From positions 195,411-259,410 of the forward strand of contig DAIDHK010000001.1 of the NCBI GenBank assembly GCA_027459725.1: a stretch of DNA of 64,000 bases, written 5' to 3'. The notes below the pieces were generated by a model that ran no database searches, was not told where the DNA came from, and saw only the letters and a list, made by a program, of their open reading frames with translations. Origin of the DNA: Candidatus Levyibacteriota bacterium (GTDB lineage: Bacteria > Patescibacteriota > Microgenomatia > Levybacterales > UBA12049). Position numbers and translations under genes: made by a program. This document shows, piece after piece, positions 8,671 to 18,839 of this stretch. Numbering within the stretch: the stretch's first letter is position 1; each line of letters starts with the position of its first letter.

Positions 8671-11343
8671 ATGAACGAACAGAAGCATGAAAAAGTAAAG
8701 GCAATTTTACCATCCGTTGATTATAATTATTTTATTACTCCAAAACAACTGAAAGTTTTTCTTTTTATATTATTCGCTTTACTCACTCCTTGTATAATTT
8801 TCATGAGTAGTATTTTTGTGTTAACTTATATTCATAGGAATGACTCTATTAATCAGACACTTATCAACCCTGGTATTTTGCCCGATAATCCCCTTTATCC
8901 GGTAAAAATATTTATTGAAGACAATTTTGTCCGCCTATTACCGAAAAATTCAGATAAGCTAAACTTCAATATGCATCTATCCAACGAGCGTCTGGCAGAA
9001 GTTCATAGTTTGCTTATACAGGCAGAAAGTTCCGGTGTTACCTTTAATAACAAACTAAGCTATGTACCTAAGGCATATGCCCAAACCGGGTCTTCAACCA
9101 TGTCAAACAACCAATCAACTGGCCAGTTGCAACAAAAAGCTGATGAGTATTTAACTTTTACTCAACTGCAGCAATATTCTATTCAGAACAATCTCCTGCT
9201 AGCTCGAAAAAACAAGGATTTGACTATTACCTACTGTTTAGAAGATAAACTATCACAAATAAACACAGTTTATTCTAATCTTCAAGCTACTGTAACAAAT
9301 CTTGCGAATGCTAACACTACAAATAATATTAACCTCATAAATCATGATTATATTTTGCTGAATATTAATTTAGATAGTGCTAAAAGAATTGCCCAGATGG
9401 CTGACCAATGTATCGGAAACTATACTGATAATTCACTTGACATAAATAACTCACCCCAAGGCTCTGCTTCAGCGTATCAAAAGATACCTCTGACTCTTAA
9501 TAACTCTGCTAATTCATCTAATTCCACTGCAATTTATACATTTCCTAATCTAACCTACTCACTTTCCATCTCAAAAAACCTTGTTGTTAATATCCCCACT
9601 GCGCTTTCCGACTATTCGCTACTGCAGCAAGAGGCTCAAAGTGAAATAAACAGAATCAACGATACACAATTACTAGCAAGCAATATAACTATGGCCAACA
9701 CTCAACAAAAACTACTTTCAGATGATGTAACAGGAGAAATTTCGAGTATATTCAATGACAAGTCTCCTGTACCACAAGAGGCTTTGGATATTCTGCAACC
9801 TATAGAAGCGAGCATGCTGATTTCTCACGACACCTCTACCCAAGGCATTAATAAACTAGCTCAATATAGCATTCCTATCGCCAGTACTTTCACTGTCAAC
9901 GATATTCATAACCTGTCTAATATTGTACATAACACTCTGTTAGTTCCACAAACGAGCCAAACGGTTCAACAGACCGAAGACTTGATGCAGTTGTATATGA
10001 AAGATGTAACAAACGATACCGCTTTGATTGGAAATCTACCCAATTCAAATAATATAAATAAAACACTAAAAAAACAATTTTTATCGTCCCTGATACTCGT
10101 ACCTGACCAGTTAAAAATTAATGAAACATCTACTCCTGCTATCGCGGCGGTTATCAGTAATATTCTTCCTTTGAATGCTTCATCCTTACAAAACGTTGTC
10201 ACGAGCATAACCGGCTTATCGGTACCAGAAGCAGTAAACTTTTATATTTCTCAAATGAATATAGATAAAAATACCATTAATCAATTTATCGCAGAAAAAC
10301 AATCCTCAGTATATATTATTCCTATTATTTTAAGCTTTAACCAAACAGCAGATGATACTCGAAATATTCTTAAATCAACTAAGACATCTATACCTAACAA
10401 TCAAGGCTATTTAACAAATACAGCTTTGCTAACTTCATCGGTCAATCAAGCTTCTGCAACCGTACAATCTCCCTACTATATAGGCAATTCTACTACTAAC
10501 AACCCTACAACTGGCTCTAACTCAAATACATCCTCTGAATCTTCACCTGCAAATAACAATACAAATAATAACAGCATCAACTCATCAAATAATCAAACGC
10601 TAACCCCTATACCAACAATTATATTAACACAACCCGGTTCAACCTCTACAACTCCTATAACAAACCCTATGCCCACTCCCACACTTATTCCTATTCCTAC
10701 TCAAGCAGCTACAATTCAAATCATTCAGTCTGACAACCCATCAATAGTAAATTATATGCCCTCAACAGCTGACTGTAGTAATAGCAACCCTAATGGTATA
10801 TGTAATAATGGACAAACTTGTCAAAACCTAGGCACGTCGTTTGCTTGTGCATATGCTACATGTACAAATGGCACTTCCTGTCACAATCCTAATAGACATG
10901 GCGCCTATGACTGTGGGGCACAATGTAGTGCAAACGGATCCGAATGTTGTCTCATTCCAAAACAAACTCCCACATCTTCTGCTGCTAATGGACAAGTCTG
11001 TGCTCAGTCATATGGAGGTAACTGTTACAGCTGGGCGACAAATGCCTGCCCATCCGGACATCAAGCAGCTAATCCATCTGATCCTTACGTTGATTGCCGC
11101 ACTGAGAAAAACGCTCCTCACCCCGATTACTGTTGCATTACTACTTCTCAACCGGCATCCAGCGTACAGTCAAACTCTCAATCCAATCAATCATATAACT
11201 CTAATACACAAAACAATGGCAGCATTAATACTAATACTGCTAACAATAACAGCTATAATACCAGTAGTACTAATGCCACAACTTACAATTCAAATAATAA
11301 TAACTCAAGCAATGGATTGAATATAACAGCCAATGGAAATTAA
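8671..11343 (+). CDS. Large membrane-anchored surface protein: DUF5667-like domain, helical stalk, S/N/T- and PT-rich linkers, Cys-rich C-terminal modules
   Basis: N-terminal TM helix; PGILPDNPLYPVK shared with ORF 61466-62032; Cys cluster encoded at about 10771-11136. Start moved to ATG 8671 on promoter geometry (TTGACA 8635-8640). Confidence 0.75.
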   Translation: MNEQKHEKVKAILPSVDYNYFITPKQLKVFLFILFALLTPCIIFMSSIFVLTYIHRNDSINQTLINPGILPDNPLYPVKIFIEDNFVRLLPKNSDKLNFNMHLSNERLAEVHSLLIQAESSGVTFNNKLSYVPKAYAQTGSSTMSNNQSTGQLQQKADEYLTFTQLQQYSIQNNLLLARKNKDLTITYCLEDKLSQINTVYSNLQATVTNLANANTTNNINLINHDYILLNINLDSAKRIAQMADQCIGNYTDNSLDINNSPQGSASAYQKIPLTLNNSANSSNSTAIYTFPNLTYSLSISKNLVVNIPTALSDYSLLQQEAQSEINRINDTQLLASNITMANTQQKLLSDDVTGEISSIFNDKSPVPQEALDILQPIEASMLISHDTSTQGINKLAQYSIPIASTFTVNDIHNLSNIVHNTLLVPQTSQTVQQTEDLMQLYMKDVTNDTALIGNLPNSNNINKTLKKQFLSSLILVPDQLKINETSTPAIAAVISNILPLNASSLQNVVTSITGLSVPEAVNFYISQMNIDKNTINQFIAEKQSSVYIIPIILSFNQTADDTRNILKSTKTSIPNNQGYLTNTALLTSSVNQASATVQSPYYIGNSTTNNPTTGSNSNTSSESSPANNNTNNNSINSSNNQTLTPIPTIILTQPGSTSTTPITNPMPTPTLIPIPTQAATIQIIQSDNPSIVNYMPSTADCSNSNPNGICNNGQTCQNLGTSFACAYATCTNGTSCHNPNRHGAYDCGAQCSANGSECCLIPKQTPTSSAANGQVCAQSYGGNCYSWATNACPSGHQAANPSDPYVDCRTEKNAPHPDYCCITTSQPASSVQSNSQSNQSYNSNTQNNGSINTNTANNNSYNTSSTNATTYNSNNNNSSNGLNITANGN

Positions 11344-11384
11344 GAGAGTGTTATCATGTTTTAAGTAGAATGATATAACTTTAT

Positions 11385-11798
11385 ATGCATATTCCATTAT
11401 TTAGCACCATAACTTTAATAGCAGAAATTATTATTTCTTGTATTGTCTTTTATACTTTTTATCGAAGTTATATGCACAATAAATTCCCTACCCCTCTTGT
11501 TGCTTTCGCACTTCTATATGAAATAACTTTTAATATAAGCTACATGGCTACAAGAGTATCAGCTAATACTGAAAAAATTGAAATTCCCTGGCATATTGTT
11601 CTAGCAGCGTCCCATGGCATTTTGTCTTTAATAATGTTTATTTCGTTAATAATTTTTATGCTTTTAGCCTGGAAAAATTACAGGAAAGGGATAAACTATT
11701 TTAAGCAGCATAAATATATAACTATTATCTTTCTAATTTTTTGGTCAATATCAATCATATCAGGTATCTTATTATACTTCGTGGAATACTTCACATAA
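11385..11798 (+). CDS. Four-TM membrane protein (DUF420-like)
   Basis: Four hydrophobic segments; HGILSL and HK motifs reminiscent of DUF420 proteins. Confidence 0.55.
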   Translation: MHIPLFSTITLIAEIIISCIVFYTFYRSYMHNKFPTPLVAFALLYEITFNISYMATRVSANTEKIEIPWHIVLAASHGILSLIMFISLIIFMLLAWKNYRKGINYFKQHKYITIIFLIFWSISIISGILLYFVEYFT

Positions 11799-11854
11799 TA
11801 TACCAGGTTAAGCAGCCATCGTTCAATTATAAGCATTTTGCTACAATCATTGCC

Positions 11855-12489
11855 ATGTCAAATGTACTACACTCTTTATCTGATTTTGTGAGAATATTAC
11901 CCCCGTGTCTATTTTTGAATTGCTAGGGAATCAGATTCCATCACAAAAAAGAATTGTCAATAATGACATAGCTATTTGCTATAATAACTTTTCTTAGAGA
12001 CCACTGGATATTCTGGTTGCACGAAATGACGTATTAGTAGTGAGCCCGGGCACTATTATTGGCAAGGAATTGGCGAGATTATTTCATTTCGCTGCTCTAT
12101 TAAAGGTGTCTGGTGTGGGTTCAGCAGATACCAGAAGTGATTGGTATAAACTATTTACTACACAAAACGCTCAACTTCTGAGGACACATAAAACTCTACA
12201 GGGTTTTCAAAATTTCGAATCTTACAGAGAATCCCTTTTAAAATTTATCAATCAAGCATATAGAAGAAATAATGAAGAATTGATTAGCTCTGTAATTAAT
12301 CTTCATCGGAGCATTAAGTTCGGATTACAAATCACTTCAGATGAAGTTCTGAGTGAACTAATTAAACTAATGCCAGGGATAATCGGCAATAAAAACAAAA
12401 TATTACCCATACTGGGACCTCTTCTGGTTGCACCCTATACACCTGATTTAACCCATACTTGGACCGGTGATCATGGACACAGACCCTAA
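11855..12489 (+). pseudogene. Probable disrupted hypothetical gene (includes ORF 12040-12489)
   Basis: TGcTACAAT-7nt-ATG at 11855. The frame of ORF 12040 extends back to about 11890 apart from TAG at 11995-11997, implying a frameshift near 11888 plus one nonsense codon. Confidence 0.45.
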
Positions 12490-12528
12490 AAGTTAATAAA
12501 AAATACTTCTAAAAGTTAAGTTATCCAC

Positions 12529-12553
12529 AAAAAATCCCGCTCGTAGCGGGATA
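12529..12553 (-). terminator. Intrinsic terminator of tuf
   Basis: Minus strand ATCCCGC-TACGA-GCGGGAT followed by a T run, about 25 nt after the tuf stop. Confidence 0.85.
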
Positions 12554-12577
12554 TCTTGTTTGTACATGAATCTAATG

Positions 12578-13759
12578 TTATTTAATAATTTTAGAAATTA
12601 CTCCTGCGCCAACAGTGTGGCCGCCTTCACGAATAGCAAATCTCATTCCTTCTTCCAAAGCAACAGGAACAATCAACTGGACAGTCATCTTCGCATTATC
12701 ACCAGGCATAACCATTTCCACACCTTGTGGCAAAGTTGCCGTACCAGTCACATCAGTAGTTCTAATATAGAACTGTGGTCTATAACCCGTAAAGAAAGGT
12801 GTATGACGTCCACCTTCTTCTTTGGTTAAAATATAAACTTCAGCCTCAAAATCAGTATGAGGTGTAATACTCCCAGGTTTAGCAACTACTTGTCCTCTCT
12901 CTACATCAGACTTTTCAATACCACGTAGAAGCAAACCAACATTGTCACCAGCTTGACCTTCATCAAGTTGTTTTCTAAACATTTCTACTCCAGTTACTAC
13001 CGTACTCTTAGTATCTCGAATTCCGACTATCTCAACTGTATCATTAACTTTAACTATTCCTCTTTCAATTCTTCCAGTTACAACTGTACCGCGTCCCTTA
13101 ATAGAGAAAACATCTTCCACCGGCATCAAGAAAGGTTTATCTAATGCCCGTACCGGAGTAGGAATATATGAATCAACTGCATCCAACAATTCCTGTATCT
13201 TTGCCTCATAAACTGGATCTCCTTCCAAAGCTTTCAAGGAAGAACCTCGAATAATCGGCACTGTATCACCTGGATAATGATATTTAGTCAACAATTCACG
13301 TACTTCCATCTCAACCAAATCAAGCAGTTCTTCATCCTGAACCATATCACATTTATTGAGGTAAACAACAATAGCAGGAACTCCTACTTGATAAGCTAAT
13401 AAAATATGCTCACGTGTTTGTGGCATTGGGCCATCAGGAGCAGATACAACTAATATAGCACCATCCATCTGAGCAGCGCCTGTAATCATATTCTTGATGT
13501 AATCAGCATGACCTGGAGCATCAATATGTGCATAGTGTCTCTTTTCAGTTTCGTATTCAATGTGAGCGATGTTAATCGTGACGCCACGAGCTTTCTCTTC
13601 AGGAGCATTATCAATATCTTCATATTTTTTGGCTTGTGCCATACCCTTCTTGGCTAAATAAGTAGCAATAGCTGCAGTGGTGGTGGTTTTACCATGATCG
13701 ACATGACCGATGGTTCCAATATTCACATGTGGTTTTGAACGAGTATATTTGTCTGCCAT
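12578..13759 (-). CDS. tuf: Elongation factor Tu
   Basis: [36 protein letters not shown]. Confidence 0.99.
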   Translation of the reverse strand: MADKYTRSKPHVNIGTIGHVDHGKTTTTAAIATYLAKKGMAQAKKYEDIDNAPEEKARGVTINIAHIEYETEKRHYAHIDAPGHADYIKNMITGAAQMDGAILVVSAPDGPMPQTREHILLAYQVGVPAIVVYLNKCDMVQDEELLDLVEMEVRELLTKYHYPGDTVPIIRGSSLKALEGDPVYEAKIQELLDAVDSYIPTPVRALDKPFLMPVEDVFSIKGRGTVVTGRIERGIVKVNDTVEIVGIRDTKSTVVTGVEMFRKQLDEGQAGDNVGLLLRGIEKSDVERGQVVAKPGSITPHTDFEAEVYILTKEEGGRHTPFFTGYRPQFYIRTTDVTGTATLPQGVEMVMPGDNAKMTVQLIVPVALEEGMRFAIREGGHTVGAGVISKIIK

Positions 13760-13912
13760 ATGTTTGTAAAGTAATTATACTAAATATTCCTGAGTAATTC
13801 AATAGTTATTTTTAAATTAAATTAGCCAAAAATAAAACTCACTTTTTTAATGAGTCTGAAAAATATTCTACGATAATTTCTTATCTTCGTCAAGAGGTAA
13901 ATATTTTGTATT

Positions 13913-14134
13913 TTAACTTACTATATATATAAAAAGTAAATAAACAAAGGTCAGAACAAACACGGCACTGATAAATATATAGTTTAACTTTAGTAATTTT
14001 TCTAATCTCCAATGTAGAGGAATTCCGATCTGTTGTTTTGCCTTCAAAGCTTCTTGAAAATATAAACGGTTGTATATATATAAGATTAAATTTAAAATTA
14101 AGCAAATAAAAGCTACTACATACCTATAATCCAT
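13913..14134 (-). CDS. Small two-TM hypothetical membrane protein
   Basis: 73 aa with two hydrophobic stretches; its start overlaps the end of the upstream gene. Confidence 0.55.
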   Translation of the reverse strand: MDYRYVVAFICLILNLILYIYNRLYFQEALKAKQQIGIPLHWRLEKLLKLNYIFISAVFVLTFVYLLFIYIVS

Positions 14135-14915
14135 ACTTAATGACCGGATAGTTTAAAATATTATTTCTTGACGTTATCTCCTCAAAAGGATTAAGTTTTC
14201 TCTTGGGATTTTTTTGCTTAAACCAAATGACTTTGGCAGGAATGTTAGAGATAGCTCTACTTTGTAACACTCTTTGCTGTTTTACCTGAATCGGTAACAA
14301 TAAACCGCATAGCTGACGACTTAATAGATGAAAGTTTTTAATAGATTGTAAAATAAAAGCATCTCTATGAGTAGGCCGATCAAATGTGACAATTATATCT
14401 CCTATGTTTAAATATTTATATAACCAACCACTGGTTGCAGTATCTATCTCTGTACATCTCACCTGTTCTAAGAGTACATTATTTAGAAAATAGGAAGCTA
14501 AGGGTGTATAACAGATCTCCAATAGTCTTCTTGATGTTAGTATATAAACAGTAAAATACCATTCTGTTAAACTCTTGATAAGAAGTGAAGCAGAAAGAGT
14601 TAATAACGATAGAACTAGTACTAGCGAAGTTAAGATTCCAACAGAAAATTGCACTGATATATAATCCAGCGCTATAAAGCTCAGAATTAAACCTAATATT
14701 ATAGATAGCACTACCGGAAGAAGTACGAACCAATGCTTACGCTGTAAAAACAGTATCTTCTCTTCCTCTAAAGCCAATGAGTTGCTCCAAATTTTTTCCT
14801 GGTCATAAGTATTTGTTGTATTTGTAGGATACATAGTCTGAATAGAACATAGTAAAAATGCAACGACTATACAGAGTAAGTACATCACAAAAAATATATA
14901 AATGAATGTTAACAA
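14124..14915 (-). CDS. Membrane protein with bacterial PH (bPH_2-like) domain
   Basis: EEKILFLQRKHWFVL, 2 TM, W.FTVYILTSRRL...LNIGDI.V pattern typical of TM-PH proteins. True start may be about 14834. Confidence 0.6.
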   Translation of the reverse strand: MLTFIYIFFVMYLLCIVVAFLLCSIQTMYPTNTTNTYDQEKIWSNSLALEEEKILFLQRKHWFVLLPVVLSIILGLILSFIALDYISVQFSVGILTSLVLVLSLLTLSASLLIKSLTEWYFTVYILTSRRLLEICYTPLASYFLNNVLLEQVRCTEIDTATSGWLYKYLNIGDIIVTFDRPTHRDAFILQSIKNFHLLSRQLCGLLLPIQVKQQRVLQSRAISNIPAKVIWFKQKNPKRKLNPFEEITSRNNILNYPVIKYGL

Positions 14916-14936
14916 AATAAGAATTGTGTAATAGGT

Positions 14937-16016
14937 CTAAAAATAAGAATATGCCCAATAGCCAAAATTAGTAATTCCTTTCTTATGTAAATATGCCATC
15001 TTCGCCTCAGATGACACAAGGTCTTCAAACCATATTATATGGCTTTGACCATTATCCGTATAATGAATGACCGTTTCTTGAGAGTTCCTATCTCTAGATA
15101 TAGTACAATTTAATTTATAGCAATGATTTAAGAATTGTTGTTGAATTTGTAGATCACTTAAAGCTGTACCACTTCCAATAGTCTGTTCTTTAGAGTCTAC
15201 TGTCCAATCATAGCCAAACATTCCAAACACCACCACAAGCTTATCCGCCTGCACAACAATCTCATAATCACTGATCATTTTTGACAAATTATAATCACTG
15301 TTATCGTTACTTACTGATTGAAGTGGAAAGTTGGGTCCTGGTTGACCACTTGCTTTATGCAAATCGTAAGCCATAATATAAACTTTATCAACATCCTTGT
15401 TAAGATAAGTTAAATCAAATGGCCTAGGCCGGTAAAATAGATCTCCATACATTGTAGTATCAAAGCTTAAATTATTTTGTTTTGTCTGTTGATGAAACTT
15501 GTCGTAAAACTTATCAATCTGATCCACAATTGAGCTAAAAGGTAATGATTGCAGTTCCATATCAATGACAACTCCATCAAATCCATTGTTTTTGGCGATG
15601 TTTATTGTCTGATTAATAATCTCTTGCTGTATTTGTATATTAGATAAAATTTTACTGTTATCACTGTTATCAAGCATACGTAGGGTCAGTAGCTTTTTCT
15701 GGTTAGCTCCAACTAATCCATTAAAAACTTTAATGTCTTTATATCCATCTTCAGTGGTTTCAATACCAGAAGAATTGGCAGCAATACCGAAATAAACAAC
15801 CTCGGAATACTTTGCATCAATTTTAGGAGAAGAGCCGGAAATACTCCAGTAAGGAACGAAAATTGTATATTGATTCGTCCTTGCCATCTTTACTGTTGGA
15901 GTAGGACTATCTGCAATCTCTTTAAACACTGGCATAGGAACCGGCGTACTCAATATGTGCCATGCAATCAAAGCCGCAATGAATATAAAAACCCAAAGGA
16001 TAGCAAAGTGCTTCAT
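14937..16016 (-). CDS. Secreted/anchored GH18-family glycoside hydrolase
   Basis: N-terminal TM; FDGVVIDME (GH18 DxxDxDxE variant), IMAYDLH, FGYDW, terminal GYWA. Start ATG 16016 is 6 nt after TGtTATAAT. Confidence 0.8.
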   Translation of the reverse strand: MKHFAILWVFIFIAALIAWHILSTPVPMPVFKEIADSPTPTVKMARTNQYTIFVPYWSISGSSPKIDAKYSEVVYFGIAANSSGIETTEDGYKDIKVFNGLVGANQKKLLTLRMLDNSDNSKILSNIQIQQEIINQTINIAKNNGFDGVVIDMELQSLPFSSIVDQIDKFYDKFHQQTKQNNLSFDTTMYGDLFYRPRPFDLTYLNKDVDKVYIMAYDLHKASGQPGPNFPLQSVSNDNSDYNLSKMISDYEIVVQADKLVVVFGMFGYDWTVDSKEQTIGSGTALSDLQIQQQFLNHCYKLNCTISRDRNSQETVIHYTDNGQSHIIWFEDLVSSEAKMAYLHKKGITNFGYWAYSYF

Positions 16017-16057
16017 GTTCACATTATAACAGGGGTATTAAAAGGTAATTAAATCTA

Positions 16058-16648
16058 CTATGCTAAAATTATCTGGTGTTTCTCTTTATTAGTTTAATCT
16101 ATTTCATCGACTAAGATGTTGAATCCAGCATTAATTACCAATCGTCTATTTTCTATATTATTGTAATGACTCTAAAACATCTCTATACCATTAAGGTTAT
16201 CTTCTGTTCCCTACCAATTATAACTACCCTATGTTATTAATAAATAACCATGAATATCTAAAAACGAATTAAATTTTTTTAATAGTTCCTGATGCTCTTT
16301 TCTCAGCGAATGAAAAATTGGATAAAAAGATACTACAGAATTTACTTTTCATTCTTCCTTCTTAAAATATGTCATGTCCTGAACCTTGTACTCGGCTGAG
16401 GGAATATACTTCGTGACTAATGCAATCATTCTTTCCGAAATATCAATACCGATAACCCTATGTCCTCTATCTACAAAATATTTATCTATGGTAATTCCAG
16501 CCCCGCAACCAACATCTAAGACTGTAGAGTGTGCCTATAATTTTTTATTTATCTGATCTAAATAAAAAATATTTGAGAACATATTTTTGTTAGCATTATA
16601 TTCTTCAGCAATTTTGTTATACCCTTCTTTTATGAAATCATTTAGCAT
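16058..16648 (-). pseudogene. Full-length class I SAM methyltransferase pseudogene with six internal stops and no frameshift
   Basis: Manual translation: MLNDFIKEGYNKIAEEY...KKL*AHSTVLDVGCGAGITIDKYFVDRGHRVIGIDISERMI...KKEE*KVNSVVSFYPIFH...GYLLIT*GSYNW*GTE...EMF*SHY...AGFNILVDEID*TNKEKHQIILA*. Confidence 0.88.
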
Positions 16649-16664
16649 AGCAAACTTTATCTGA

Positions 16665-17195
16665 CTAGAGTGGAGAAGCCTTAAATTTTAATAGATAACC
16701 TAAGAACGATATTATCAAATGTAATGAAAAATAAATTGTAAGTATTGTAAAGTATAAATACCATGATAAAATTACGACTGGTAGTGTAAAAATAATCCCC
16801 CCTAAGATGTAATCTATTTGATCAAAGATAAACCAGCTTTGTCCTGAATTAATATTAATTTGTCGTTTAAAGAAACTTTTAACGCTATCTCCTGTCAAAG
16901 CACCCAATCCCATCAGCCCACCACACCATAGCTGATTTAAATCATGCCCATCGCTTATCTTAAATTTAAAAATCACAATTTCAAACCAAGCAATTAATAT
17001 TCCCATCACCACACCACTAAGTAAGCCTCTCCAAGTTTTATGGTCTCCTAAAATCCTTTTACCTCTAAACTTTGCATATCCATCCAAAGGATAGTTATAC
17101 CTATTAATAATAGGTATTTTATTGACTAAAACCGGAGCCATATTCGCAAAACCTGCCGGCAGAAAAAATAAAAATGCAAAAATAACATCATTCAT
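16665..17195 (-). CDS. CDP-archaeol synthase (CarS/DUF46)-like cytidylyltransferase
   Basis: LPAGFANMAPV, PLD, RILGDHKTWRG, GDSVKSFFKRQ, DQIDY are the CarS-family signature pattern; multiple TM helices. Confidence 0.82.
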   Translation of the reverse strand: MNDVIFAFLFFLPAGFANMAPVLVNKIPIINRYNYPLDGYAKFRGKRILGDHKTWRGLLSGVVMGILIAWFEIVIFKFKISDGHDLNQLWCGGLMGLGALTGDSVKSFFKRQININSGQSWFIFDQIDYILGGIIFTLPVVILSWYLYFTILTIYFSLHLIISFLGYLLKFKASPL

Positions 17196-17217
17196 AAGAT
17201 TTTGTAAGTTTAAATAG

Positions 17218-18174
17218 CTAAACTACGAACGATTTATAGTTTTGTTCTATCTGTTCATCAAAATTGCGCAAAAAAGTGATTTGTTTAGGCAAGACGGAAA
17301 CTTCAATTCCTTCCTGCCTCACAACCGGATCTCCATCGATTTGCACATAAGGCTCACCCTGGATTAGTAAGTGGGAGGCTTTAAAATGAACTTTTCCCAA
17401 CTCAGAATAAAAAGGATGCTTGAAACCCCTCAACCGTAAATTTTGCACATAAGCATACTTTGTAGAAAATAAAGTACAATCCAATAATCCATCATTCAAT
17501 CTCGCCCTAGGTGAAACTAAAAAATTTTGTCCCACTACTGGTGAATTGGCGACTACCAGAGAACCGGCTGTGGCCTTTAATGTCACTTTTTTATCGATTG
17601 TAAAAGTAATCTCACTCTCCGGATGACTGAAGAAACTCCTAATACCAGAAATTATATATGATTTTAAACCTATGTAATGATAGTTAACTCTATTAAACAC
17701 TATACGTGCATCAAAACCAGCACTAATGTTAAAAACTCCAATTGGTATTTCAGGAATGTTACTTTGCATAATATCTATGGTTATGGAATTCGGTTGAGTT
17801 TGTAATACCGCCATCGCTTTCTCCAGAGTCTCTACTCCCAGGCAGAAAGATAAAGCATTGCCCGTACCCATAGGTATGATTGTTAAAGTAGGTTTTCTCT
17901 TAACCTGCACCACAGCCTGACAAACTTTATTAATGGTGCCATCCCCTCCTGCAATGGCAAGTATATCAGGCTTCTCTTTTTCAATAAAAGATTGTAGATT
18001 TGCTATCTTAGTAACAAGATAAGGGTGTTCGGGCAATTGAGGAAACTTCTCTCTTCCTTTCAGCCATATTTCAGTCGATCTACCATCACTTGATTTGGGA
18101 TTAAGTAAATAAACAATCTTTTTCATATAGGTCATCTTGCTAATCAAAGAATGAAAGCATCTTCTTACGAACAC
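17218..18174 (-). CDS. Soluble diacylglycerol/lipid kinase (DgkB/YegS family)
   Basis: NPKS, AGGDGT, IPMGTGNA, AGFDA, DGLLD, QIDGD. True start may be 18126. Confidence 0.9.
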   Translation of the reverse strand: MFVRRCFHSLISKMTYMKKIVYLLNPKSSDGRSTEIWLKGREKFPQLPEHPYLVTKIANLQSFIEKEKPDILAIAGGDGTINKVCQAVVQVKRKPTLTIIPMGTGNALSFCLGVETLEKAMAVLQTQPNSITIDIMQSNIPEIPIGVFNISAGFDARIVFNRVNYHYIGLKSYIISGIRSFFSHPESEITFTIDKKVTLKATAGSLVVANSPVVGQNFLVSPRARLNDGLLDCTLFSTKYAYVQNLRLRGFKHPFYSELGKVHFKASHLLIQGEPYVQIDGDPVVRQEGIEVSVLPKQITFLRNFDEQIEQNYKSFVV

Positions 18175-18181
18175 ATCTCGC

Positions 18182-18832
18182 TCAGGAAGACATTATTCTT
18201 TTTATTTTGTTCCATTTAGGACATAAATAAGAAAACCAGGGAGCTGCAACTTCATTTCTTGTGCCTTTCTCTAACAGACTTACTAAATTCTTTCTTGACG
18301 GTATCTGGGTAAGCAAGTTGTAGGTTTTACCGATACCCAATTTACAATGAGCATCGCTATTAGCTGCTGGAGTTAACTTATATGTGGAGATAAAAACCTG
18401 GGCTAGTTTACGAGTTTGTGGCTGCATACTACGACCATTGAATACCTCTATTATATCGACAAACTTAATTATATTACATAAACTTTGTTCACTTATTCCT
18501 TTTCTTAAAATCTCAAATGGGTGGGGGATACAAACTAAACCATTTTGCTTACTAATCTGTTTTACTGTTTCTAAGGAAGATAAGCCCGATTCAATTTTGC
18601 TATTTAAAAATAATCCGATTATTTCTCCTTCTGTGGTATTAATTTCTTCACCTACAATAATTCGCTCACCTAACTTTCTTTGTAACTTCTCAGCAAAGTC
18701 AATTCTATTGTGATCTGTAACGGCAATTACATCTAATGTTTTGGATAAAAGCAAACTTTTATAATCATTCTCGCTTAAACCACCATCTGGTGATAGAATA
18801 GAGTGTGTGTGAAGATCGATTTTAATATTCAT
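18182..18832 (-). CDS. PHP-family metal-dependent phosphoesterase
   Basis: DLHTHS, VTDHN, VGEEI, PHPF, EVFN, NSDAH. Confidence 0.9.
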   Translation of the reverse strand: MNIKIDLHTHSILSPDGGLSENDYKSLLLSKTLDVIAVTDHNRIDFAEKLQRKLGERIIVGEEINTTEGEIIGLFLNSKIESGLSSLETVKQISKQNGLVCIPHPFEILRKGISEQSLCNIIKFVDIIEVFNGRSMQPQTRKLAQVFISTYKLTPAANSDAHCKLGIGKTYNLLTQIPSRKNLVSLLEKGTRNEVAAPWFSYLCPKWNKIKRIMSS

Positions 18833-18839
18833 ATTAATT

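Noticed and set aside
10841-11320. 159-aa alternate-frame ORF inside the large surface protein
   Set aside because: The hydrophobic I/L/M-rich translation is the expected off-frame reading of Asn/Thr/Ser codons; no independent start signal.
12521-12529. Perfect DnaA box TTATCCACA downstream of the tuf terminator
   Set aside because: Single copy with no box cluster and no dnaA/dnaN nearby; not enough to call an origin.
16058-16648. Stop-codon reassignment (code 25 or TAG recoding) as the explanation for the in-frame stops
   Set aside because: TAG, TGA and TAA all occur internally, and all three terminate conserved genes elsewhere in the window.
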